The translations under genes and the position numbers were made by a program. A DNA stretch of 64,000 bases from Clostridia bacterium (lineage in GTDB: Bacteria > Bacillota > Clostridia > Christensenellales > DTU072). Positions 45,171 through 54,953 of the stretch are shown in pieces. How positions within the stretch are numbered: position 1 is the first letter of the stretch; each line of letters opens with the position of its first letter. The notes under the pieces are model-generated. The model did no database searches and was not told the DNA's origin. It was given only the letters and a program-made list of their open reading frames with translations. The stretch spans positions 13,591-77,590 of the forward strand of contig JAFVRJ010000009.1 in assembly GCA_017504305.1 (NCBI GenBank), given 5' to 3'.

Positions 45171-46107
45171 GTTTATTAAATTTAAGTTTATATATACGAT
45201 ATATAGTTAATATAACTACGCTCCAACCAAACACACCTATAAAAGGGTATGCGTAGTTGATGATTTTTTCAAATCCGATTAAGGAAAAAAGATATGCCAA
45301 AGCAACGGTAATCAAACTATTAAACGTTCCTTTATCTGTAGCACAGAGCTTAAGCGATGAAAGAGCGGAAGTAAAAATAGAGGCATATACTATAAAACCG
45401 CCTAAAGGCTTAATTCCAACCTCTTTAGAAACCTCGATTATAGGTAATTCGGTGTTTTCGTAGCCGATGATAGTAGAGCGTATTAACAACAAAGCCACCG
45501 CCATAAATAGGGTAATAAACACGCCAATAACTATAGAATCTTTATGGGTAACGCCATCACTCATATTGCCTACAATCAAACCTGCACATAAAGCGTTCAT
45601 ACCAACGTATAATAGAGGGCTGATGAGTGTAAACGAGCCGTCGATAGGGCTTCCGCTAAAGTAACGAATAACGGCAATAGTTGTTAAAATAATAGGCATT
45701 AGCAGTAGGTTTAACCCCTTTAAAAGCTTATTACCGCCTCGAACGGCAAAAATGCAAAATATTGCGGTTAAAAACCCACCGCCGGAGAAGTTAGCGACCA
45801 AGCGAATTATACTTTCAGCACCGCCTAACATAGCTCCGAGCATAATAAAATTGATGGTTCGTAGGGCTATTTGACCTTCGTCACGACGTTTATCAAAGAT
45901 AGCATCTATAACGTTGCCGTGCGATAGGGCGCCGAGCGTGGTAAAAGGTAACGAAAGAAGGCCTATGGATAAAGCAGTTAAGAGGATGGTAAAAACGTTG
46001 GCGTTTCCGAGGAAAGTCGCGATCTCCTTACCCGAAGCAAAGCCGGCGCCGATTAAGGTGCCGACAAAGCTCATTGATAAAGAAAATTTTTTAAATAGAC
46101 TGCGCAT
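45130..46107 (-). CDS. YkvI-family integral membrane protein
   Basis: VGTLIGAGFASGKEIATF N-terminal signature. About 10 hydrophobic segments. Confidence 0.7.
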   Translation of the reverse strand: MRSLFKKFSLSMSFVGTLIGAGFASGKEIATFLGNANVFTILLTALSIGLLSLPFTTLGALSHGNVIDAIFDKRRDEGQIALRTINFIMLGAMLGGAESIIRLVANFSGGGFLTAIFCIFAVRGGNKLLKGLNLLLMPIILTTIAVIRYFSGSPIDGSFTLISPLLYVGMNALCAGLIVGNMSDGVTHKDSIVIGVFITLFMAVALLLIRSTIIGYENTELPIIEVSKEVGIKPLGGFIVYASIFTSALSSLKLCATDKGTFNSLITVALAYLFSLIGFEKIINYAYPFIGVFGWSVVILTIYRIYKLKFNKLGALPCNEHKTLV

Positions 46108-46138
46108 AGAATATACTACGCGGAGGTATTGGTTAAAA

Positions 46139-46930
46139 TTACTTATAGAAACGCTTGATAAGTTTTTCTATAAGAGCGACTGCCAAGTACATCAAAGTCG
46201 CAAGTATGCAAAGTAAAATAGTGGAAGCCATTACGAGGTCGAGTTTAAATACTTGACCGCCGTAGACCAACAAGTAGCCGATACCTTCGCGGGAAACGAG
46301 ATATTCACCCATAATGGTACCAACCCAACTCAAACCTACGTTGATTTTGAGGATGGAAATAATACTTGGTATGTTAGCGGGCAGAATAAGCTTAAATAGA
46401 ATTTGAAACTTATTAGCGCCCATGGCCTTGAGTAGATCAACTTTTTCCTTGTCTACTGAAAGGAATCCGGTTAAAGCGCTAATAATGGTAATAATTACGC
46501 AAATTAAAAGCGCCATAGTAATAATTGCACCGCGACCTGCACCAACCCAAATGATGATAAGGGGGCCTAATGCAACTTTAGGTAATGAGTTTAGGACTAT
46601 CAAGTAGGGTTCAGTTACGTCTTTTAGGAAGGCGCTCCACCATAGGATTACAGCAACGATTACCCCTATAACGGTAGAAAGCACAAAGCTCAAAACGGTC
46701 TCGTACAGGGTGGCGGAAAGATGCTTAAACAAGTCGCCGGAGCGGTATAAGTTAGCGATTGACGTAACTATTCGAGAAGGGCTACTGGTAATAAAGGGAT
46801 CGCTCCACTCGAAGTATGCGCTTAACTCCCATAATCCAAATGCAAGTAATAGTAAACCTATTTGGACAATACGGATAACCAATTTGCGTATTTTAATCTT
46901 CTTTAAGTAAGATTTATGCTCGTCACTCAT
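46139..46930 (-). CDS. ABC transporter permease (NitT/TauT-type)
   Basis: BPD-type permease with an EAA-like loop (LLKAMGANKFQILFKLILP). ATG at 46930 (MSDEHK..) overlaps the ATPase stop in an ATGA-type junction. The longer 47020 start would lie inside the ATPase gene. Confidence 0.85.
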   Translation of the reverse strand: MSDEHKSYLKKIKIRKLVIRIVQIGLLLLAFGLWELSAYFEWSDPFITSSPSRIVTSIANLYRSGDLFKHLSATLYETVLSFVLSTVIGVIVAVILWWSAFLKDVTEPYLIVLNSLPKVALGPLIIIWVGAGRGAIITMALLICVIITIISALTGFLSVDKEKVDLLKAMGANKFQILFKLILPANIPSIISILKINVGLSWVGTIMGEYLVSREGIGYLLVYGGQVFKLDLVMASTILLCILATLMYLAVALIEKLIKRFYK

Positions 46931-47687
46931 TGTGCACCTCCAGGTCTTTCCAAATACGTCTAAAGTAAACGGCAAAGCTTTTTTGTTCCCTTCTCTTAAG
47001 GGGCGGTAAATTTTTGTCAAGGTCGATACTATATAGCTTTTTTACGCTTGCAGGTCGCTCGGTTAAAACTATAACTTTATCGGACATAGATATAGCCTCG
47101 TTAATGTCGTGCGTTACCAGTATTGCAGTTTTGTTTTCCTGCCTTAAAATATCAGAAACGTCGTCACATACTTGTAGTCGAGTCTGAAAGTCGAGGGCGG
47201 AAAACGGCTCGTCCAGAAGTAGTAGTTTAGGGGAGGTCACGAGCGTTCTTATAAGCGCCGCGCGTTGCCTCATACCACCGCTTAACTCCGACGGTCGTTT
47301 GGAGGTAAACTCCGACAGGCCGTATTTTTCAAGTAGCGTTTTGGCATAAGTGACAATTTCGGGTGATTTATTTTTTTGTATTTCGGGGCCAAGTAAAACG
47401 TTGCGCATTATACTTCGCCACTCGAACAGCTGATCTCTTTGTGGCATGAGAGCGGTAGTTCCCTTTGCTTCGGTAAGAGGCTTGCCGCCGATCGTAACAT
47501 CCCCTTCGGACGGGGTGAGCAACCCCGCGAGTATGGCAAGGATGGTACTTTTGCCACATCCGCTGGGGCCCACGATCGATACGAACTCGCGCTCTTCAAC
47601 GGTAAAGTTTACGTCCTTAAGCGCCCATGTTTCGCCTTCGGGAGAGTGGTAAATATGTGATACGTTTTTGAGCTCGAGTAGTGCCAT
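46923..47687 (-). CDS. ABC transporter ATP-binding protein (NitT/TauT-type)
   Basis: Walker A GPSGCGKST, signature LSGGMRQR, Walker B LLLLDEPFSALD. Confidence 0.92.
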   Translation of the reverse strand: MALLELKNVSHIYHSPEGETWALKDVNFTVEEREFVSIVGPSGCGKSTILAILAGLLTPSEGDVTIGGKPLTEAKGTTALMPQRDQLFEWRSIMRNVLLGPEIQKNKSPEIVTYAKTLLEKYGLSEFTSKRPSELSGGMRQRAALIRTLVTSPKLLLLDEPFSALDFQTRLQVCDDVSDILRQENKTAILVTHDINEAISMSDKVIVLTERPASVKKLYSIDLDKNLPPLKRREQKSFAVYFRRIWKDLEVHNE

Positions 47688-47699
47688 ATATAACTCCTT

Positions 47700-48695
47700 T
47701 TAACGAGTGAGCGAATTAACGATAGAGTTATCGATAATTTGGTCGAAGGGTATGTTTGCGTCTATAACGCCGGCAAACTTTAGGATGTCGAGTAGCTTGT
47801 TGTAATCGCTTTCTTCCATAACGGGATTGGTCTTGAAAGCACCTATTGCTTTATAGGCCTTAACCGCGCTTTGTAGATCGGTTGCACTTGTATCGGCAAA
47901 GGAAGGAAGAAGGGCGTTAGCGACGGTAAGATCGTCGTTGTTCATGACGAAATCAATGCCTTTGAGTATCGCTTTCATAAATGACTTAACGGTATTTTGG
48001 TTATCCTTAATATATTCTTTAGTAGCCATAAAGCAAGTATAAGGTACTTCACCTGCTTCAGTGCCCACGTCTGTCAAAACGTAGCCTTTGCCGGCGTTTT
48101 GGTATGACGTTGCAACAGGCTCGAACATTGTGCAATAGTCGCCGGTACCGCTACCAAAAGCTGATGCAATCAAGTCGAATTGTACGTCGTAATTTATTGT
48201 GATGTTGGTGCCGTTGATAAGGCCGTTTTTGTACAATGCGTATTCAAGGCACATCGCCGGCATACCTCCCTTTCTACCGCCGATAATCTCGCTACCTTCA
48301 AGAGAGCTCCATTTGAAGTCGGTAGTAGGATTGCGACCGATAAGGAAGGAGCCGTCTTTGGTTGTAAGCTGACCAAACACAACGGGATAGTTGGAACTGC
48401 CTCCGGCGTTGACGTACACGGCGGTTTCCGGTCCGGCAAGGCCGATGTGAGCCTGACCGCTCATGATTGCGGTCATTGTTTTATCGCTACCACCGCCGTT
48501 AGTTAGCTCGATGGTTAGACCCTCTTCTAAAAAGTATCCGTTATTGATAGCGACGTACAGGGGTGCGTAAAATACAGAGTGCGTTACCTCGTTAACGCGT
48601 ACGATGGTGGCGTTATCTTTTTTACAGCTAACAAGGCTAAACGCGGTTAGCGATATTACTATCGCAATAAGTAAAACAGTTACAAATTTTTTCAT
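47700..48695 (-). CDS. ABC substrate-binding lipoprotein (NMT1/THI5-like, SsuA/TauA class)
   Basis: MKKFVTVLLIAIVISLTAFSLVSC lipobox. Periplasmic-binding-protein-like body. First gene of the three-gene importer operon. Confidence 0.8.
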   Translation of the reverse strand: MKKFVTVLLIAIVISLTAFSLVSCKKDNATIVRVNEVTHSVFYAPLYVAINNGYFLEEGLTIELTNGGGSDKTMTAIMSGQAHIGLAGPETAVYVNAGGSSNYPVVFGQLTTKDGSFLIGRNPTTDFKWSSLEGSEIIGGRKGGMPAMCLEYALYKNGLINGTNITINYDVQFDLIASAFGSGTGDYCTMFEPVATSYQNAGKGYVLTDVGTEAGEVPYTCFMATKEYIKDNQNTVKSFMKAILKGIDFVMNNDDLTVANALLPSFADTSATDLQSAVKAYKAIGAFKTNPVMEESDYNKLLDILKFAGVIDANIPFDQIIDNSIVNSLTR

Positions 48696-48788
48696 TGATT
48701 AAACCTCCTTGAAGAATACACTACATACTATGTGTCTCTTCAAATAGGGGGTTACACTTATTTACAAATGAATTTTCTATGAACTTTC

Positions 48789-48817
48789 TTGTAATGGTTA
48801 ATTAAATATGATATATT
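48789..48817 (+). promoter_or_regulatory. Promoter placed for a leaderless transcript of the 684-aa surface-protein gene
   Basis: TTGTAA (48789-48794), 17-nt spacer, TATATT (48812-48817), with TG at 48809-48810. ATG 48825 lies 7 nt after the -10 box, and there is no SD. Confidence 0.5.
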
Positions 48818-48824
48818 TATTAAG

Positions 48825-50879
48825 ATGAAAAAAGTAAGATTGATAATATCTATATTCATATGCGTTTTTATATTGTCCACTCTTGTTTGCGGGTTGGGCT
48901 TAATTGCGCATGCAGAAGATGAAATTTCTCTTGATAATATGACGGCGGTCAACTATAAAGGGGAAACAATTGCATACAATGGTAGCTCGTACGCAAGAGA
49001 CATTACTTTAAATTATTCCTTCCAAAGCGCACATTATTACCTAATTAACGTTTACGTTAAAGAGGGCGCTTCATATAACCTATATTTGACAACTTTTAAA
49101 GAAACCGTAGTGGACGGCAAGGGTAGCTATCTTGTAAACGTTGACGGCGATTTGATGATTGAGTGCGTTGCTAAAAACTACTCGGAGTTTACTATTGCAA
49201 CGTTATCTACCTTTATTCTATCTGACGTTACGGCGCCTACGGCTCCTATGTTGGATGCAGACGGAGTTATGGACGTTGCGCACTCGGCGCCCTTTAGCGT
49301 TAGCTATTCGATAGCTTACGACAATTTGAGTGGTGTTGACTTTGCACGCTCTTTTTATCGTTATGAAAACGAGGAAGGTGAAGCAGTAATAAATAACACC
49401 TACCTTAACGAAAGCATAGGTTATAATCAAGCTTCGATATCGGATATAGCTTGCAACGGTACGTTGACGCTTACCGTATTTGACAAGGCAGGTAACTTTG
49501 TTGTAGTAAACAAGAGCTACAATAAGCACTTAAACGTTGATTCTTCCGCCCCGAGGATTACCCTTTCGCCCGAGAGCGGTTACTCACAAAACGTAATGGT
49601 AACTATCACTTGGCCGGAGGGCGTTTCCAATAGATATTATAGGCTCATTACTCCTCAAGCCGTCGGCAACAAGAGGGCTTATACCGCACCGTTTGGCGTT
49701 ACCACCGAAGATTGGGAGGGCGGTTTGGTCGCAGAAGGCGAAGTGATAGTAAGAGCTTACTACTATAAAGACGGCAAGGAAACTTACGTTGACAAAGAGA
49801 TTACCAACGTCGATACTACTCCGCCACCCGTATCTACCGTTAAAGAGAGCATACGTTTAACGGTGGATTTGACAAGTGATACTCCGGCTGTTTTGTCGCT
49901 ACGAGCCTTTGATGCCAAAAGCGGAATTAAAAAGGTATATCTTAAGCATTTTGGCACGGAATTCACCCTTAAGGATCGCAATACCTATTATCTTGACGTA
50001 ACCAATAGGTTGGGTTCTACGGTTTACGTAGTATTGGAAGACTATGCTTCAAATCGTTCGGAATACACTTACACGTTGACGGGTTTTGACAAAGATAGGA
50101 TTAATTTCTATTCACAAAAGTTTAAGTCTATCGATCCTGCCGAATACGATCAATTCGGCTATAACGAGCTACTAATTCAATACGAAAGACTATCGAATTT
50201 ACTTTCCTCGTCTTCCTCGTTGAGTAGCGATATTTTAAGTTATTCTCAAGCGTTAGACGAGGCGATTGCAGGTAAGTATAACGTTGACTTCAAGTTGCTT
50301 TCGACAATTGGTGGATTTGCTGCTGACTTTAAGTTTGACGTTCCAGTGGGAGCCACCTCGATATTGAAGGGTGGTAGGCTTTATTTTGAGGGTAGTAAAA
50401 TCGACTTGCCTCAAAATAAGTTGGATGAAAACGTTAGCGTAGTAGGGACCATTTCAAAATACCGTAATTATGACGCATATCCCTTTACTTTACAAGTAAA
50501 AGACGTAAACGGTACGATACTTAACTTACAAAGGGAAATCAAAATTACCTTGACTATACCGGGTAGAGATAGGATAGCAAAGGTTTATTACGAAGAAAAC
50601 GGCGTTATTACCCAACTTTCGTCTGAAATCAACAACGGACAAATAACCTTTATTACCAAAGGTACTGGCAACTTCTACTTGATAGTTGATAAAAAGGTCG
50701 AGGAAGATAAAGGCCCGGGTTTAATCATAGGAGGGATGTTCTTCCCGCAAAACGTATTGCTAATAGCTGGTGGTATAATACTTGGTTCGCTTATTCTCGT
50801 AGGCGCAATCACACCGATTATTGTAAAACTAATAAAGAACAAAAAGTCAGGCAAAAACGCTTTTAGATATTTTAGATAA
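48825..50879 (+). CDS. Surface protein with Ig-like modules, signal peptide and C-terminal TM anchor
   Basis: MKKVRLIISIFICVFILSTLVCGLGLIAHA signal. Recurring D(V/S/T)(T/S)(A/P)P module boundaries (DVTAPTAP, DSSAPRI, DTTPPPV). C-terminal LLIAGGIILGSLILVGAITPIIVKLIKNKK with no LPXTG. Confidence 0.8.
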   Translation: MKKVRLIISIFICVFILSTLVCGLGLIAHAEDEISLDNMTAVNYKGETIAYNGSSYARDITLNYSFQSAHYYLINVYVKEGASYNLYLTTFKETVVDGKGSYLVNVDGDLMIECVAKNYSEFTIATLSTFILSDVTAPTAPMLDADGVMDVAHSAPFSVSYSIAYDNLSGVDFARSFYRYENEEGEAVINNTYLNESIGYNQASISDIACNGTLTLTVFDKAGNFVVVNKSYNKHLNVDSSAPRITLSPESGYSQNVMVTITWPEGVSNRYYRLITPQAVGNKRAYTAPFGVTTEDWEGGLVAEGEVIVRAYYYKDGKETYVDKEITNVDTTPPPVSTVKESIRLTVDLTSDTPAVLSLRAFDAKSGIKKVYLKHFGTEFTLKDRNTYYLDVTNRLGSTVYVVLEDYASNRSEYTYTLTGFDKDRINFYSQKFKSIDPAEYDQFGYNELLIQYERLSNLLSSSSSLSSDILSYSQALDEAIAGKYNVDFKLLSTIGGFAADFKFDVPVGATSILKGGRLYFEGSKIDLPQNKLDENVSVVGTISKYRNYDAYPFTLQVKDVNGTILNLQREIKITLTIPGRDRIAKVYYEENGVITQLSSEINNGQITFITKGTGNFYLIVDKKVEEDKGPGLIIGGMFFPQNVLLIAGGIILGSLILVGAITPIIVKLIKNKKSGKNAFRYFR

Positions 50880-50888
50880 AAGATATAA

Positions 50889-50918
50889 ACTAACGGCTCG
50901 GTAATCCGAGCCGTTAGT
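50889..50918. terminator. Bidirectional terminator hairpin
   Basis: ACTAACGGCTCGG / TAAT / CCGAGCCGTTAGT, a perfect 13-bp stem between convergent genes. Confidence 0.75.
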
Positions 50919-50931
50919 GTGTTTAAGGTGA

Positions 50932-52068
50932 TTATAAAATACGTATCGAAATAATGTCTTCTACGTCTGCGATGCGAGAAATTAAGTTGTCGTTATCTTC
51001 AAGGTTGATGCCGGCGGCGGTATCGACTATAGCATAGCCGATGGTGTCGCGTTCAACGTAGTTTAAGGTATGTTCTACGACGGAAAGGGCTTCCTTAATG
51101 CCGTCCAAAGCCTTGGTGTTTGCATTATAGATAATGGTCAAACGGTTGTCGGTAGTGCGAGGTACGGTGATTCTCGGGAAGTTAACGGAGTTTACGATAT
51201 TGCCGTTTTCAAGATAATCCTTGATTTGACTTGCAGCCATGATGGCGCAGTTTTCTTCCGCTTCTTCGGTGCTTGCACCAAGGTGGGGGATTGCTATAAT
51301 ACCCTTATAGTTAAGACAGTCCGCGTTGGGGAAGTCTACTACGTAGGAGCGAAGCTTACCGCTATCAAGAGCTTCTTTAACGGCGTTGACGTCTACGAGT
51401 TCGCCTCTTGCCATATTAATAATAACGGCGCCGTCCTTCATCTTTTTGATAGCCTTGTCGTTTACCATACCGCGAGTGGTGGGGAGTAATGGAAGGTTCA
51501 AAGAGATGAAATCGGAGTTAGCGTATAAGTCGTCAACGTTTTCGTATACCTTAACTTGATCGCCGGTATAATAGGGATCGAAGGTGGCTACTTTCATGCC
51601 CAAAGCTTCTGCGGCAACCGCAACTTTAGCACCGATAGCGCCAAAGCCTACGATACCTAACGTTTTGCCGTAAAGCTCGATACCGCCGAACTGGCTCTTG
51701 CCCTTTTCAACTTGCTTGGGAACGTCGTCGCCTTCAAGGGTGTTTGCCCACTTGTTACCGCCTATAACGTCACGGCAAGCGAGTAACATACCGCAGATAA
51801 CCAATTCTTTAACGGCGTTGGCGTTTGCGCCGGGGGTGTTGAATACGCAGATTCCCTTATCAGTCATGCGAGGGAGGGGAATATTATTAACGCCCGCACC
51901 GGCTCTACCTACGCATAGTAGCGAGTCGGGTATATCGTACTCTGCCATGTTGAAGGAACGTACCAATATAGCATCGGGCGCGGTAGCGTTATCGGATACT
52001 GCGTAATCGTCGTTTAGAACGGCATATATTTTATTACTGATTTTATTAAGGGTTAAAACGTCAAACAT
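50932..52068 (-). CDS. serA: D-3-phosphoglycerate dehydrogenase
   Basis: 2-hydroxyacid dehydrogenase blocks (GIVGFGAIGAKVA, RGELVD, HLGAST), plus a short C-terminal regulatory-type domain. Adjacent to serC. Confidence 0.9.
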   Translation of the reverse strand: MFDVLTLNKISNKIYAVLNDDYAVSDNATAPDAILVRSFNMAEYDIPDSLLCVGRAGAGVNNIPLPRMTDKGICVFNTPGANANAVKELVICGMLLACRDVIGGNKWANTLEGDDVPKQVEKGKSQFGGIELYGKTLGIVGFGAIGAKVAVAAEALGMKVATFDPYYTGDQVKVYENVDDLYANSDFISLNLPLLPTTRGMVNDKAIKKMKDGAVIINMARGELVDVNAVKEALDSGKLRSYVVDFPNADCLNYKGIIAIPHLGASTEEAEENCAIMAASQIKDYLENGNIVNSVNFPRITVPRTTDNRLTIIYNANTKALDGIKEALSVVEHTLNYVERDTIGYAIVDTAAGINLEDNDNLISRIADVEDIISIRIL

Positions 52069-53147
52069 TATTTGTTCTCCAATTCAAATTTCTTCATAAA
52101 CTCAATAAGAGCCTTAACGCCTTCAACGGGCATTGCGTTGTAGATGCTTGCGCGCATACCGCCAACGAGCTTGTGGCCCTTGATCGAAACAAGACCTGCT
52201 TTTTCTGCTTCTTTTATGAACTTTGCATTGAGTTCATCCGAGCCGGTTACGAAAGGTACGTTCATAATGGAGCGGTCAGCGTGGTTAACGGAGTTGGTAT
52301 AGAGGCTACTGTTATCGATAAAGTCGTATAACAAGCCGGCTTTGTATTCGTTGATTTCTTGTATAGCCTTGATTCCGCCGAGCTTTTTGAGGTGACGGAA
52401 AACGAGCATTGCCATATAAATAGCAAAGCAGGGGGGCGTGTTGAATAAGCTTTGTGCATCGGCTTGAGTTTTATAAGCGAGCATGGTGGGGCAGTTGGGG
52501 GATTCTTTGCCGATGAGGTCTTTTCTGACGATAACGATAGTTACGCCTGCAGGAGCGATATTCTTTTGTGCGCCTGCGTAGATAAGACCGTATTGGTTAA
52601 CGTCGATAACTTCACTCAAAATGCTGGAAGAGTGGTCTGCAACTACAACTGCATCGGTTTTGGGGAAGGTACGGTCGGTATAACGAGTACCGAAGATGGT
52701 GTTATTTTTGCAGATATGTACGTAGTCGATACCATCACGGAACTTAACGCCTTCGGGAATATAGGTAAAGTTTTTATCCTTACTGCTTGCAGCTATTGCG
52801 ATATCGCCGTATTTACGTGCGAACTTTTCGGCTTTGCCGGAGAAGTTTCCCGTTACGATGTAGTCAGCTTTACCGTTTTGGAGCAAGTTCAACGGAACTG
52901 CGTCGAACTGTTGAGATGCGCCGCCTTGTACAAATAGAACTTCGTAATCGTCACTTATATTCAAAAGCTCTCTTAAAGAAGCGAGAGCTTCCATGTGTAT
53001 TGCGTCATACCATTTGGAGCGGTGGCTCATTTCCGTTACGGACATACCGCTGCCTTCGTAATCGAGGAAGTTTTTTTGTGCCGAGAGCTTTACCTCTTCG
53101 GGCAGCATGCTGGGACCTGCGGAAAAATTATATACTTTCATGGTCAA
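52068..53147 (-). CDS. serC: Phosphoserine aminotransferase
   Basis: YNFSAGPSMLP N-terminus, GGASQQF, AGAQKNIAPAGVT (PLP lysine), GGMRASIYNAMP. Confidence 0.95.
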   Translation of the reverse strand: MTMKVYNFSAGPSMLPEEVKLSAQKNFLDYEGSGMSVTEMSHRSKWYDAIHMEALASLRELLNISDDYEVLFVQGGASQQFDAVPLNLLQNGKADYIVTGNFSGKAEKFARKYGDIAIAASSKDKNFTYIPEGVKFRDGIDYVHICKNNTIFGTRYTDRTFPKTDAVVVADHSSSILSEVIDVNQYGLIYAGAQKNIAPAGVTIVIVRKDLIGKESPNCPTMLAYKTQADAQSLFNTPPCFAIYMAMLVFRHLKKLGGIKAIQEINEYKAGLLYDFIDNSSLYTNSVNHADRSIMNVPFVTGSDELNAKFIKEAEKAGLVSIKGHKLVGGMRASIYNAMPVEGVKALIEFMKKFELENK

Positions 53148-53305
53148 CCTCCTGAAAAAATTTATAACATTATACTACTTTGAATTATGTTTGTCTATAG
53201 TAATTTATATAAAAATACGCGCGCAATTCAAAATATAGCGACTTGAATAATTTATTAGCATAAGGTATAATATGTAATGATAATAACGATTGTGAGGACG
53301 CAGTT

Positions 53306-54952
53306 TTGGCAAAAACAAAAAAATCCAAACTCAAGATAATATTTTTAGGCGGAGTAGGCGAGATCGGCAAGAATATGACCGCCATAGAATACGGTGAAGA
53401 TATCATAGTAATTGATGCCGGTATGGCTTTCCCCGATGCGGAAATTAATCCCGGCGTAGATTATATCGTACCCGATTATAGCTATCTATTGGAAAATAAG
53501 GATAGGGTGAAGGCGGTATTTTTAACACACGGTCACGAGGACCATATAGGTGCGCTTCCGCTATTTTTAAAAGATATTCCCGTGCCCGTATACGGCTCTA
53601 AAATCAGTATTGCGTTTTTAGACAACAAACTCCGCCGTAACGGATTTAAAGAGTGTGATGGTGTTGTAGTATCCGACGGCGAAACGGTAACTATAGGCGA
53701 GCTAAAAGTAGAGTTTGTTGCTGTTACCCACTCGATTGCAGGATCGTATGCGCTTGCTATCGATACACCCCGCGGTACGATTTTTTATACCGGCGACTAT
53801 AAAATCGATCATACCCCCGTTGACGATCGTCCTACCGATCTTACCCGTATTACGGAAATCGGCAAAAAGGGCGTGCTATTGATGATGCAAGATAGCACTA
53901 ACGTCGAGCGTGAAGGCTATACTATGAGCGAGTCGCAAGTAGGCAAGAGTCTTGATACCATTTTTAACGACAACAGGGCGAACCGCATAATAATTGCAAC
54001 CTTTGCAAGCAATATTCATAGAGTACAACAAATAATCAACGTAGCGATTAAGTACGGTAGGCGGATAGCCTTTAGCGGTAGAAGTATGGAGTATATGGTG
54101 GAAATAGCCAAAAAACTCGACGCTATGCATTACCCTGAAGATTGTATAGTGGAACTTGATAAAATCAATCAGATTCCGCACGACAGATTATGTATTATAG
54201 CTACGGGAACGCAAGGTGAGCCGGATAGTGCTCTGACGCGAATGGCAAACCACGACCATAAGAGAGTTATTATTGGCGAGGACGATACGGTAATCCTTTC
54301 TTCAAGTTGTATACCCGGCAACGAGCGTAGCATTTACAAGGTAATAAATAATCTTGCTAAAATAGGCGCAAAGGTTATTTATGAGAGCTTGTACGAGGTA
54401 CACGCATCGGGGCACGCTTGCAGAGAAGAACTTAAACTTATGCTTGCGCTTATCCGCCCAAAGTATTTTATGCCCGTGCACGGCGAATATCGTCACTTAA
54501 AGCGTCATGCGGAGCTTGCAGAGCAAATGGGTGTACCGAGATACAATATTTTGATACCCGAACTCGGCTTTTGCGTAGATGTAAGCAAAAAAGGCTTACT
54601 ACGTGAAGATAACGTAAAATCGGGAGCCGTTATGATAGTTGGCTCCGAAGAAGCGGACGACGCTTACGTTAGGGATAGAAGAAGAATAGCTTCTGAAGGC
54701 TTGATTATTGCGGTAATAAACCTTCGTGACGAAGAAGAAGTTAACAACGTAGAGCTAATTGAAAAGGGCACGCAACTGCCCGATAAACTGCTCGACGAGC
54801 TTAAGGACGCGGTAATGTATCGCATAGCCGGCGGAGATTTTTACGGATTGGAAAAGGATGAGGTCGAACAACTTGTACGCAAGACCATGACGCGGATATT
54901 CTACAGTAGAATAAAGCGTTGCCCGTTAATAGTGCCGATAGTATTTAGATAA
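53306..54952 (+). CDS. rnj: Ribonuclease J
   Basis: Metallo-beta-lactamase/beta-CASP blocks: IFLGGVGEIGKNM, LTHGHEDHIG, HASGHA. TTG start 7 nt after GAGGA. Confidence 0.92.
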   Translation: MAKTKKSKLKIIFLGGVGEIGKNMTAIEYGEDIIVIDAGMAFPDAEINPGVDYIVPDYSYLLENKDRVKAVFLTHGHEDHIGALPLFLKDIPVPVYGSKISIAFLDNKLRRNGFKECDGVVVSDGETVTIGELKVEFVAVTHSIAGSYALAIDTPRGTIFYTGDYKIDHTPVDDRPTDLTRITEIGKKGVLLMMQDSTNVEREGYTMSESQVGKSLDTIFNDNRANRIIIATFASNIHRVQQIINVAIKYGRRIAFSGRSMEYMVEIAKKLDAMHYPEDCIVELDKINQIPHDRLCIIATGTQGEPDSALTRMANHDHKRVIIGEDDTVILSSSCIPGNERSIYKVINNLAKIGAKVIYESLYEVHASGHACREELKLMLALIRPKYFMPVHGEYRHLKRHAELAEQMGVPRYNILIPELGFCVDVSKKGLLREDNVKSGAVMIVGSEEADDAYVRDRRRIASEGLIIAVINLRDEEEVNNVELIEKGTQLPDKLLDELKDAVMYRIAGGDFYGLEKDEVEQLVRKTMTRIFYSRIKRCPLIVPIVFR

Positions 54953-54953
54953 T

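Noticed and set aside
48696-48790. TPP or other riboswitch in the leader of the NMT1/THI5-like ABC importer operon (minus strand)
   Set aside because: The leader is under ~100 nt. Read on the minus strand it shows none of the conserved TPP-aptamer elements (e.g. CUGAGA) and no terminator/antiterminator pair.
53148-53305. T-box or attenuator upstream of serC-serA
   Set aside because: The region is too short for a T-box (~200+ nt). There is no specifier-loop/T-box sequence and no terminator hairpin before the SD. Only a promoter-like TATAAT and one CGCGCGC tract are present.
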